Shown: positions 9,655 to 17,898 of the stretch, in pieces
Layout: the number at the start of each line of letters is the position of its first letter
How positions within the stretch are numbered: position 1 is the stretch's first letter
Origin: an uncultured Candidatus Binatia bacterium
Lineage (GTDB): Bacteria > Desulfobacterota > Binatia > Bin18
DNA length: 64,000 bases
Assembly: GCA_958296235.1 (NCBI GenBank)
Contig: OY282457.1
Span: forward strand, 217,377 to 281,376
Direction: 5' to 3'
Position numbers and translations under genes: made by a program
Notes under the pieces: generated by a model
What the model saw: the letters and a program-made list of their open reading frames with translations, nothing else
What the model was told of the DNA's origin: nothing
Database searches by the model: none

Positions 9655-10212
9655 ATGAGAAGAGTTCTACTTTCCACTATAGTACTGACCTTATCTGCCA
9701 GTCCCTCACTAGCGAGTGTTTGTACCAGCCTACAAGCCGATTTTGAGGCTGCCAAATCTGCGCGTGAGCAAGCTAATGCCGAATTTGAGGTTGCGAGATT
9801 GGCCCACGAGCAAGCCCAAGTAGAAGCAGAGATCGCTCGTATCAAGCGTAATGAGTTACGGCGCGCCTTCCAGACCGTACGCTTCGACCGGAAAGCTTCT
9901 TCGAGTCAACGAGTGCAAGCCCGAGCTGATTGGCAACAGGCTGTAGAAGATTCCCGCGCGACACTGAACGATCTGAGATTGGCTACGGACACTCTTGATA
10001 TGGCCAGGGGCCTGCGAGATCAAGATAATGTCGATTTTGAGTTAGCCAAATTAGCCTATGAGCAAGCCCAGAATTGTCACCCTTTGTATTGGGTCAAACT
10101 CGCTACGACAAAGGCTGTGGATGGTGTAACAACGGTTGCGGGTGTTGCGACAACCGTTGCGTTTTTGGCCGCATACCCCCTTTGGATGGCTTGGCCCTTT
10201 CTCGTCTTTTAA
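9655..10212 (+). CDS. Hypothetical exported coiled-coil protein with C-terminal hydrophobic anchor
   Basis: Signal peptide (…SLA), Ala/Glu/Arg-rich heptads, two Cys, C-terminal TM; AT-richer codons. Confidence 0.6.
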   Translation: MRRVLLSTIVLTLSASPSLASVCTSLQADFEAAKSAREQANAEFEVARLAHEQAQVEAEIARIKRNELRRAFQTVRFDRKASSSQRVQARADWQQAVEDSRATLNDLRLATDTLDMARGLRDQDNVDFELAKLAYEQAQNCHPLYWVKLATTKAVDGVTTVAGVATTVAFLAAYPLWMAWPFLVF

Positions 10213-10282
10213 CAACTGAGAAGGTGGGCAAAGGATGCGGCTTTGGGCGTGAGAGGGCCATTCTTTTTTAGGAGAAGATGTC

Positions 10283-11335
10283 ATGAAGCACCTGTGGTCG
10301 GACTGGATGAAGAGCCTTGTTGTCCTCGTGGGTCTTGGAGTGCTGGTGGGGCCGGTTTCGGTTGCTTGGAGCCACGAGGGTGGGGGGGATGAAGTTCCGC
10401 TCTGGCAGTGGGAGCCGGAGCAGTTTCAGCAGCATGTAGCCACGGTCCGCAGCGGCAAAGACCTGACGCCCAAGTCCTGGCCGGACGGCGCGCGGGTTGC
10501 AGTGAGTTTTTCGTTTGACTTTGACACCGAACCGGTCTGGATGGGGTTTCAGGGCCAGCAAAGCCCCTCGTATATGTCGCGGGGTGAGTATGGCGCGCGC
10601 GCCGGTATGCCGCGCATTTTTGCCTTGTTGGAAAAACACGACATCCCGGCCTCGTTCTTTATTCCCGCCATCTCAATGGTCCTGCATCCGCACGTCATTG
10701 AGGAAATCAAAAAACATCCCGACTATGAGATCGGCTTTCACTCCTATGTGCATGAAAACCCGCTGACGCTGAGCGAAGCGGAAGAGCGCGCCGTCTACGA
10801 GAAAGCCATGAAAATCTTTGTCGAAAAGGTGGGGAAACGACCGACCGGCTTTCGGTCCGCGGCCTGGGACCTGACGCCGGCGACTATTCAGATCGTCAAG
10901 GAAATGGGCTTTCTGTATGAAAGCAGCATGATGGCGGATGACCGTCCCTACAGCCTGCTTGCGAACGGGGAAGAAACCGGCCTGATCGAACTTCCGGTCG
11001 AATGGATACTCGACGATTGGCCGTTGTTTCAACTGAGTTGGCCGAGTCGGCACGTCAGCATCCGCAATGCGGACGACGTGTACTCGATCTGGAAAGACGA
11101 ATTCGATGGCGCGTATGAAGAAGGCACAATGTATATTCTCACCTTGCATCCCCAGGTCATCGGTCATCGCTACCGCATGCAAATGCTTGACAAGCTCGTC
11201 ACTTACATGAAGAGCAAACCCGGGGTGTGGTTTGCCACCCATGAGCAGATCGCGCGCTATGTCAAAGAGCAGGCTGGACTCGGGGGCGACGACCCCCCGG
11301 CAGCAAAGGCTGCTGAGGCCCAGCCTGCCGAATAA
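10283..11335 (+). CDS. Exported polysaccharide deacetylase family protein (PuuE/PgdA-like)
   Basis: Signal peptide; FDFD, SRGEYG, HSYVHE, GFRS and LHPQVIGH motifs. Confidence 0.9.
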   Translation: MKHLWSDWMKSLVVLVGLGVLVGPVSVAWSHEGGGDEVPLWQWEPEQFQQHVATVRSGKDLTPKSWPDGARVAVSFSFDFDTEPVWMGFQGQQSPSYMSRGEYGARAGMPRIFALLEKHDIPASFFIPAISMVLHPHVIEEIKKHPDYEIGFHSYVHENPLTLSEAEERAVYEKAMKIFVEKVGKRPTGFRSAAWDLTPATIQIVKEMGFLYESSMMADDRPYSLLANGEETGLIELPVEWILDDWPLFQLSWPSRHVSIRNADDVYSIWKDEFDGAYEEGTMYILTLHPQVIGHRYRMQMLDKLVTYMKSKPGVWFATHEQIARYVKEQAGLGGDDPPAAKAAEAQPAE

Positions 11336-11375
11336 ATACAGGGTCTGAGTTTGGAGACGAATAAAGGGGGGAAGC

Positions 11376-13061
11376 ATGGCCTACGATCTGCTCATTACAG
11401 ACGCTCAGATTTGTGACGGCACTGGCGCTGATCTCTTTCATGGCGCTGTCGGGGTTAAGAATGGAGTCATTACCGATGTTGGCGCGGTGTCTGGAACGGC
11501 AACGCGGACGATTAACGCCGACGGCTGTGTGGTCGCACCGGGCTTTATTGACATCCATACCCACTACGACGCGCAGGTCTCCTGGGACCCGCTGCTGACC
11601 TGTTCGGGCTGGCACGGTGTGACCAGCGTGCTCATGGGCAACTGCGGGGTTGGCGTTGCGCCGTGTCGTCCTCAGGAGAAGGACATAGTCTCGTGGGATT
11701 TGGTCAATGTGGAGGCCATGCCGCAAGAGGTACTGCTGAATGGCGTGGCCTGGGACGAGTGGGAGAGTTTTCCGCAATATATGCAGGCCATTGCGCAACG
11801 TGGAACGGCTCTTAACGCCGGCTTTCTCGTGCCGCTGTCCAGCTTTCGCTATTTTGTCATGGGCGCTGAAGCCTCCGAGCGAGAGGCGAATGACGCTGAA
11901 CTCGCTCGCATGACCGCTCTTTTTCGTGAGGCCATGCAGGCCGGAGCGTATGGCTATTCGCTGAGTTTGCTCGACCAGCACATCGGCTATCAGGGCAAAC
12001 CGCTGGCGAGTCGGATGGCCACCCAAAAGGAACTCTGTACGCTGGGTCAAGTGATGAAAGACTTGGGCCAGGGTGTCATCGAAATCGCGCTGACCCGGAG
12101 CGTGAGTGTATTGACTGACGAAGAATTGGAGCTGCTGCTGGCAATTGCCGAAGCCAGCCAGCGCCCGGTGACGTGGTTGGCGCTCCTGGGACGGTCCGAC
12201 AAACCCGGGGTCTACCGGTCGGCCCTGGACCGCCTGGAGCCTTTTTTCGCCAAAGGGCTGCGGATTCCTCCTCAAGTCACCCCGCGCCCCATCCAGCAGT
12301 ACTACACCCTCAAAGTGCCTTTTATCTTTGCCAGCCTGCCGTCGTGGAAAGAGGCGTTCAATCGACCGGTTGCGGAACAAATCGCCCTCTACCAAAAGCC
12401 CGAGTTCCGCGCGGCCTTTCGCCAGGACCTGCAAGTTGGCGGCGCTATTTTTACTAACCAGTGGAATCAGGTGCATGTGGTCAAGGTGCAGAAAGACCAC
12501 AACACAAGGCATCTGAATAAAAGCATTGCTGACATAGCCGCGGAAACACACTGCGATCCTGTTGATACGATCCTGGATTTGGCCATTGATGAAAACCTGG
12601 AGATGGGCATTACGCTTTCGGTCATCAATACCAATCCTGATGAAGTGCGTGAGTTGATTACCCATCCCGACTGTCTCATCGGGCTGTCCGATGCGGGAGC
12701 GCACGTGGACCAGCATTGCGATGCCGGCGTTCCCACCTATCTGCTCGGAGAGTGGGTCAGAAAACGACAGGCCATGACGCTTGAAGAAGGCGTGCGGCGG
12801 CTGACCTCAGAGCCGGCAGCGTTTCTCAATCAGCCCAGGAAAGGCTGCCTTGCCCCAGGTTTTGATGCTGACCTCGTAGTGTTCGATCCGGCTACTATTG
12901 GTCCTCGTCCACCCGAATGGGTCAACGATCTGCCGGGCGAGAAGCCGCGTCTGATCGAATATGCAACGGGAGTACAGCATACTATTGTTGGTGGGCATAT
13001 TGTCTTTTCGGACAACGCCTACCAGGGCGGGCTGCCGGGCACGGCGCTCCGACCGGCCTGA
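11376..13061 (+). CDS. N-acyl-D-amino-acid deacylase-like amidohydrolase
   Basis: APGFIDIHTHYDAQ, HGVTSVLMGNCG, SDAGAHVD and DADLVVFDP motifs. Confidence 0.92.
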   Translation: MAYDLLITDAQICDGTGADLFHGAVGVKNGVITDVGAVSGTATRTINADGCVVAPGFIDIHTHYDAQVSWDPLLTCSGWHGVTSVLMGNCGVGVAPCRPQEKDIVSWDLVNVEAMPQEVLLNGVAWDEWESFPQYMQAIAQRGTALNAGFLVPLSSFRYFVMGAEASEREANDAELARMTALFREAMQAGAYGYSLSLLDQHIGYQGKPLASRMATQKELCTLGQVMKDLGQGVIEIALTRSVSVLTDEELELLLAIAEASQRPVTWLALLGRSDKPGVYRSALDRLEPFFAKGLRIPPQVTPRPIQQYYTLKVPFIFASLPSWKEAFNRPVAEQIALYQKPEFRAAFRQDLQVGGAIFTNQWNQVHVVKVQKDHNTRHLNKSIADIAAETHCDPVDTILDLAIDENLEMGITLSVINTNPDEVRELITHPDCLIGLSDAGAHVDQHCDAGVPTYLLGEWVRKRQAMTLEEGVRRLTSEPAAFLNQPRKGCLAPGFDADLVVFDPATIGPRPPEWVNDLPGEKPRLIEYATGVQHTIVGGHIVFSDNAYQGGLPGTALRPA

Positions 13062-13073
13062 CGTAGGCGACGC

Positions 13074-13349
13074 TCATACGTTCCGCTCGACGAGAAAGCG
13101 CCTGAGAGCGCCGGCTCGCCGCTCCACTGCCTTGAGCCGCTGCCTTCGTTCGCTCGGACGAGCCAGAATGCCACGGCGCTCGTACTCCGCGAGACGTTCC
13201 TCAACCGTCTCCGGTCCCCGTTGGATCGGGCGGATCTCGGCCACGGGCTCCCCGCGATAAGTGACCGTAACCGTCTTTCCCTGGCGCACCTGCCGGAGGA
13301 GCTCCGAGAAGCGCGCCTTAGCTTCGTAAGTGGAATACTCGTGTGGCAC
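13074..13349 (-). CDS. Phd/YefM family antitoxin
   Basis: YSTYEAKARFSELLRQVRQGKTVTVTYRGEPVAEIRP from GTG 13349; overlaps a 6-codon PIN toxin stub (MSVAYV). Confidence 0.88.
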   Translation of the reverse strand: MPHEYSTYEAKARFSELLRQVRQGKTVTVTYRGEPVAEIRPIQRGPETVEERLAEYERRGILARPSERRQRLKAVERRAGALRRFLVERNV

Positions 13350-13393
13350 GGACGCATTATAACTAGTCAGGCTAGTCAAGAAAAGTATCGATA

Positions 13394-13563
13394 GTGTCTC
13401 AGTTTGCCTTTTCCCCCTCACCCCAGCCCTCTCCCCTTCGACAGGCTCAGGACAGGCCTCCAGGGGAAAGGGAGTAGCTATTCCCTCCCCCCGCTGAGGG
13501 GGAGGGCCAGGGTGGGGGGGCGCTGAGCTGGCAGCGAGGGCGGGAGATGTGAAACTGAGACAC
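13394..13563. mobile_element. MITE-like element, family A
   Basis: GTGTCTCAGTTT (13394-13405) and AAACTGAGACAC (13552-13563) form a perfect 12-bp inverted repeat; internal REP hairpins resemble 3258-3403. Confidence 0.7.
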
Positions 13564-13696
13564 GACCTCCGCTTTTGATTGGTTGACACGCTGAAGGCCC
13601 GAGCGTGCTCCAGCGGCAAACATTTCGACATCGTTGTGGCTCATCGTACAGCGACAGGGGAGGCGGCTAGGGCGTTCTACGATGTATGTAGCTACC

Positions 13697-13768
13697 CGTC
13701 ATTCCGGCGAAAGCCGGAATCCAGGCCCGCCGCCCCCCCGCTGGAGGCCGGATCAGGTCCGGCATGAC
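13697..13768. repeat. CGTC-type REP doublet
   Basis: CGTCATTCCGGCGAAAGCCGGAATCCAG ... GCCGGATCAGGTCCGGCATGAC. Confidence 0.75.
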
Positions 13769-13808
13769 CAGAGCGCCACGACAGGGCTACAACTTGGCGT
13801 AAACTGCG

Positions 13809-14543
13809 CTAGGGCTGTCCGAATTGCTTGAAGATGCCGGTGTAGGCTTTGCGTTCCGGCGGGCGGTAGGTTTTATACTTGCTGGTGGTCTTGCCCAGTT
13901 CGACCAGAGACTCGGCCATCTTCACTGCGCATACCACGCCGTCAAGGACGGGTATGTCAAGTTCCCGCTCCAGATCATCTGCAAACTGCGTAAACCCGGC
14001 GCAGCCGAGTAAAATGGCCTCTGCATCGTCTTCGTCCCGAGCCTTACGGGCTTCGACGCGCAGCTTTTCGAGTGCCCCGGCCGGGTCTTTTTCCACGTCG
14101 AGCACGTAGAGGGGCGAGGTGCGGATACTCACGACTTTCTCCCGAAAGCCGTAACCGGCGACCATTTCTTCGAGCATGGTCCGTGTACGCGGGATAACCG
14201 TCACAATCGAGAAGCGCGCCGCCAGCATGGAGGCCATATACAATGAGGCTTCGGCTATACCGACCACCGGTTTGGTGGTCAGTTCGCGAGCGGCGTGTAA
14301 ACCCGGGTCGCCGTAACAGGCGATGATATACGCGTCGCACCCGTCCGTGTCGCCGGTCCGAATCTCTTCGAGCAGACCGGGAATACTGAGGTAATCGTCG
14401 TAGTAGGATTCAATGGACGCCGGTCCGAACCGAGGGCTGAGCGCGATGATAGAGGTGTCCTGGCGGACGACCGACTCGCCGGCCGCGCCGATTGCGCGAG
14501 TCATTTCCTCGGACGTGTTGGGATTGATGATCTTGATCTTCAT
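13809..14543 (-). CDS. hyuE: Hydantoin/allantoin racemase (Asp/Glu/hydantoin racemase family)
   Basis: IINPNTS, ACYGDPG and LGCAG two-Cys motifs; last gene of the hyuABC run. Confidence 0.88.
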   Translation of the reverse strand: MKIKIINPNTSEEMTRAIGAAGESVVRQDTSIIALSPRFGPASIESYYDDYLSIPGLLEEIRTGDTDGCDAYIIACYGDPGLHAARELTTKPVVGIAEASLYMASMLAARFSIVTVIPRTRTMLEEMVAGYGFREKVVSIRTSPLYVLDVEKDPAGALEKLRVEARKARDEDDAEAILLGCAGFTQFADDLERELDIPVLDGVVCAVKMAESLVELGKTTSKYKTYRPPERKAYTGIFKQFGQP

Positions 14544-14552
14544 GCCTGTCCT

Positions 14553-15767
14553 TTACTGCTGGGCCACTAACTCCACCGCGTCAGCCAAAATATCTACGCC
14601 CAGGCAGATATCTTCTTGACGGGTGTCCTCTGCGACATCGTGGCTGCGGCCACCAATGCTGGGAATGAACATCATGGCGCTGGGAATGTAGCGGCTGAGC
14701 ACCATGGCATCATGTCCGGCCCCGCTCGGCATCCGAAGGGCAGGGACGGCTCGCTGTTGGGTAGCGGTCTCAATCGTCTTGACAAGGGAAGCGTCCATAT
14801 CTGCCGGGGCTATGCTCAGGAGATGGGCGACCTCGGATGTGACGCCTTGTTGTCCATGAAACTCAGCGACCGCAGCATTGATTTCAGATTCCAGGCGCTC
14901 AAGAACCTCTTGCTGGGGATCGCGGAATTCAACCAGGACTTGGGCCGAACTGGGCACAACATTGCCGGCGCCCGGTTCAAAAACAATATGGCCCAGGTTC
15001 CACACGCTCAGAGCGCTTCCCGCCTGTGCAAACCGCTCTAACACATTGGCAGATATCTTGATTGCTGTTGCGCCGGCGTCTTTGCGTAAGTGCATGGGTG
15101 TTGTGCCGGCATGATCCGCCTGACCGGTACAGGTGATGCGGCTCCGGCGAATCCCGACTATGGTGGTGACGATGCCGATTTTCTGCGCTTCTACCTCAAG
15201 CCGTGGCCCTTGTTCAATATGCCCTTCAAAGTAGGCTAAGTGCCGACCTGGATCGACCCGGGCGCGTGGCCGGCCGGCATAGCCGGCTTCGGCCAGGGCG
15301 TGTGTGAGTGAGATGCCGTGCGTATTGCGCGCGCTTTCAATATCCGTATCTGATAACTCGCCGCAAAACGACAAGCTGCCGGCCAGCGCCCGATAGCTGC
15401 CCTCTTCGTCCGCGAACGAAATCACGTCAACGCCGAGGTCGGGCAGGGCCTTCGATTCATTCCGGGCGCGGGCGATCTCCAGGCCGTACAGGACGCCCAG
15501 AGTGCCATCCAGCCACCCGCCTTTCGGCACGGAGTCGGTATGCGAGCCAATCAGCACGGCTTTGTCCACGCCACGCGCTCGCCCGTACACATTTCCAATC
15601 CCATCGATCTCCGCATCAAGGCCGGCCGCGCGCATGTGTTCTAACAGCCACTGCCGCGCGGCTCGATCTTCAGACGTAAAGGACAGCCGATTGACCCCGG
15701 TCCCAACTTTTCCAAACTGGGCAAGCTGTTTGAGGCTGTTCAGCAGGCGGGCGTGATTGAGCTGCAT
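14553..15767 (-). CDS. hyuC: N-carbamoyl-amino-acid amidohydrolase (M20 Zn hydrolase)
   Basis: GSHTDSV, DGTLG, DEEG, HIEQGP, HAGTTPM and SGAGHDA motifs. Confidence 0.88.
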   Translation of the reverse strand: MQLNHARLLNSLKQLAQFGKVGTGVNRLSFTSEDRAARQWLLEHMRAAGLDAEIDGIGNVYGRARGVDKAVLIGSHTDSVPKGGWLDGTLGVLYGLEIARARNESKALPDLGVDVISFADEEGSYRALAGSLSFCGELSDTDIESARNTHGISLTHALAEAGYAGRPRARVDPGRHLAYFEGHIEQGPRLEVEAQKIGIVTTIVGIRRSRITCTGQADHAGTTPMHLRKDAGATAIKISANVLERFAQAGSALSVWNLGHIVFEPGAGNVVPSSAQVLVEFRDPQQEVLERLESEINAAVAEFHGQQGVTSEVAHLLSIAPADMDASLVKTIETATQQRAVPALRMPSGAGHDAMVLSRYIPSAMMFIPSIGGRSHDVAEDTRQEDICLGVDILADAVELVAQQ

Positions 15768-15823
15768 AGACCTGTCCTTAACTAATGTAATCCGCCAATG
15801 TAATCCGCTATGGTGAGCAAAAC

Positions 15824-16010
15824 ATGTTGACTTATAAAGCCCTGTATAAATTCCTCGATCAAGGGGTCCATGCCGAAGTGTTGAATTTTCCTGGCGCCAT
15901 CACCTGCGGCCCAACCCTGGAGGAAGCCCGACGGTTGCTGGCCAGCGCCTTGGCGGACATGGCCGAGACCAATCTGTTACGGGGTGAACCTTTGCCACCG
16001 CCTGAACTGA
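15824..16010 (+). pseudogene. hicB: HicB-like antitoxin remnant; ORF reads on to 16177 antisense into hyuB
   Basis: VHAEVLNFPGAITCGPTLEEARRLLASAL...GEPLP is a HicB N-domain; no hicA adjacent; the ORF tail overlaps hyuB. Confidence 0.7.
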
Positions 16011-16065
16011 GATTCCCGAATTCACAGCCGCACGAATTTGCAAGCAACTTGGTATCCCGGTTCCC

Positions 16066-17898
16066 TCATGAGCGCGTCTTCCGTTCGCTCCGAACTTTTT
16101 CCGTCCCCTCAAGGTCCAACTGCATCTCCTCAGTAATCACCACCCCATACTCCTGCCGTGCGGTTTCTTTGGAGTAGTACTCGTCAAATACATCTTCCAG
16201 AACCTGCCGCGGGTCGCGTTGGAAAGGGTCGCCATAGCCGCCGCCAGTGGCGCCAATGGTGATTAAGCGCTCTCCGGCTTTGACGCTACGATAGGGAACT
16301 TTTGAGGGAAGGGCGATTTCTTCGTTATCGAGGGTTTGCAAGGTCAGGGCGCCGGGTATGCCCGTACTGCCCCCGTCAAAACCCCAAGCTCCATAGATAA
16401 AACCGTCGGCCTCAACCGACGTGCCACCGTCACTCAGATAGTGCAGTTCCTTGATCGATCCCATGCCGCCCCGCCATTGCCCAGGCGCACACGCATCCTC
16501 TCTGAGCTCGTAGCGTTCAACCCGGAGGGGCACGTGGGACTCAACGTCTTCAATGGGATTGTTCCGGGTGTTGGCGTACAGCGTATCAACCGTGTCCATG
16601 CCATCGTGCCCGTACCGACCGCCATAGCTGCCTTCAAAAATTTCCAAATGCACCCAGGGGCTGTTATTCTGCCGCATCCCGCTTGAGGCAATGGCCTTGA
16701 GATTACCGATGCCGGCACTGACCTGGCGGGGAACCGCCTGGGCCAGGGCCTTCATGACGGTATCGCTTAAAACATTGCCGGTGACAAAGCGGGCAATGGT
16801 CGGGGCCGGAAAAACAGGATTCGCCAGCGTGCCGCTGGGCGCAATGATTTCAATGGGCCGGTAGAGGCCGGCATTTTGCGGCAGATCGCCATAGACCTCG
16901 GTGTCGAGCAGGACTGAGCGCAACACCAGCCAAACGGCTACATCAACCGTGCCAACCAGCGGCATGTTGATGGGCCGGTCTGACACTTGCGGCGCGGTGC
17001 CGGTCAAGTCTACGCGCAGCTCCGAGCCGTTGACCGTCAGGGTCACACAAATGGGCAGGTTGCGCCGGCTCGGGTCGGGGTCATCAATATAGCCATCCAT
17101 ATGGCCGGTGGCGGCATAGCTGCCGTCCGGTATTTTTTCAATAGCCTGCCGCATTAAGCGCTCAGAGTAGTCAAACAGGGAGGCGCAGGCGGCTTCGACC
17201 GTGTGGAGCCCATAGCGCTCAATGAGTTCGATATAGCGCTGCGCGCCGATGCGACAGGCTGCGACCTGGGCCTCCATATCGCCCACCACCAGATCGGAGA
17301 TGCGGATATTGTCGCGCAATAATTGCCACACCGCAGCGTTCCGTTTTCCCTGCTCAAATACCTTGATCGCCTTGAACTGCAAACCCTCGGCATACGCATC
17401 AAACGCCTCGACAATGCCGGTGCTGCCCGGTGTCTGACAGCCAATATCAAGATGGTGGGCCGTGGTAACGGAGAAACCAACGAGGGCATCCTGGTAGAAA
17501 ATCGGCACCCCAAACCCGACATCCGGGCCGTGGCTGGCACCGCCATACGGGTCGTTGTGCATGATGACGTCGCCGGGTCGTATGGGCTCTCCCCGCTTGG
17601 CCAGCGCGTCGAGCATCCCCCGTACATAGCCGGGAATAGGGCCGGACTGGAGGGGCGTGCTCTGTTTTGACTCGCATAACTGTTCGCCGCGCGCATTGAC
17701 CAGGGCCGCGCCGAAATCCTCAGACTCCCGGATAATACTCGAATACGACATGCGCATGAGCTTATAGCCCATCTCCACCGCGATATTCTCCAGCGCCCCC
17801 AAGATAACGCTGGCCGTAATCGGATCAACTCTGTGTCCGTCCCTCTGGCCTTCCTCACCGACCACTGGCCCCTGGCCACTAACCACTGTTTTGCTCAT
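16066..17898 (-). CDS. hyuB: Hydantoinase B/oxoprolinase subunit
   Basis: SYSSIIRESEDF, HNDPYGGASHGPD, HHLDIG and GGGYGDP motifs; ATG 17898 overlaps the hyuA stop. Confidence 0.92.
   Translation of the reverse strand: MSKTVVSGQGPVVGEEGQRDGHRVDPITASVILGALENIAVEMGYKLMRMSYSSIIRESEDFGAALVNARGEQLCESKQSTPLQSGPIPGYVRGMLDALAKRGEPIRPGDVIMHNDPYGGASHGPDVGFGVPIFYQDALVGFSVTTAHHLDIGCQTPGSTGIVEAFDAYAEGLQFKAIKVFEQGKRNAAVWQLLRDNIRISDLVVGDMEAQVAACRIGAQRYIELIERYGLHTVEAACASLFDYSERLMRQAIEKIPDGSYAATGHMDGYIDDPDPSRRNLPICVTLTVNGSELRVDLTGTAPQVSDRPINMPLVGTVDVAVWLVLRSVLLDTEVYGDLPQNAGLYRPIEIIAPSGTLANPVFPAPTIARFVTGNVLSDTVMKALAQAVPRQVSAGIGNLKAIASSGMRQNNSPWVHLEIFEGSYGGRYGHDGMDTVDTLYANTRNNPIEDVESHVPLRVERYELREDACAPGQWRGGMGSIKELHYLSDGGTSVEADGFIYGAWGFDGGSTGIPGALTLQTLDNEEIALPSKVPYRSVKAGERLITIGATGGGYGDPFQRDPRQVLEDVFDEYYSKETARQEYGVVITEEMQLDLEGTEKVRSERKTRS

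Noticed and set aside
11262-12716. Long antisense ORFs (also 17931-19283, 20813-22054, 32605-34053, 36733-38367)
   Set aside because: They are shadows of well-supported genes on the opposite strand in GC-rich DNA and carry no motifs.
13350-13631. Long N-terminal extension of the Phd antitoxin ORF (likewise 3259-3450)
   Set aside because: It is translated MITE/REP sequence.
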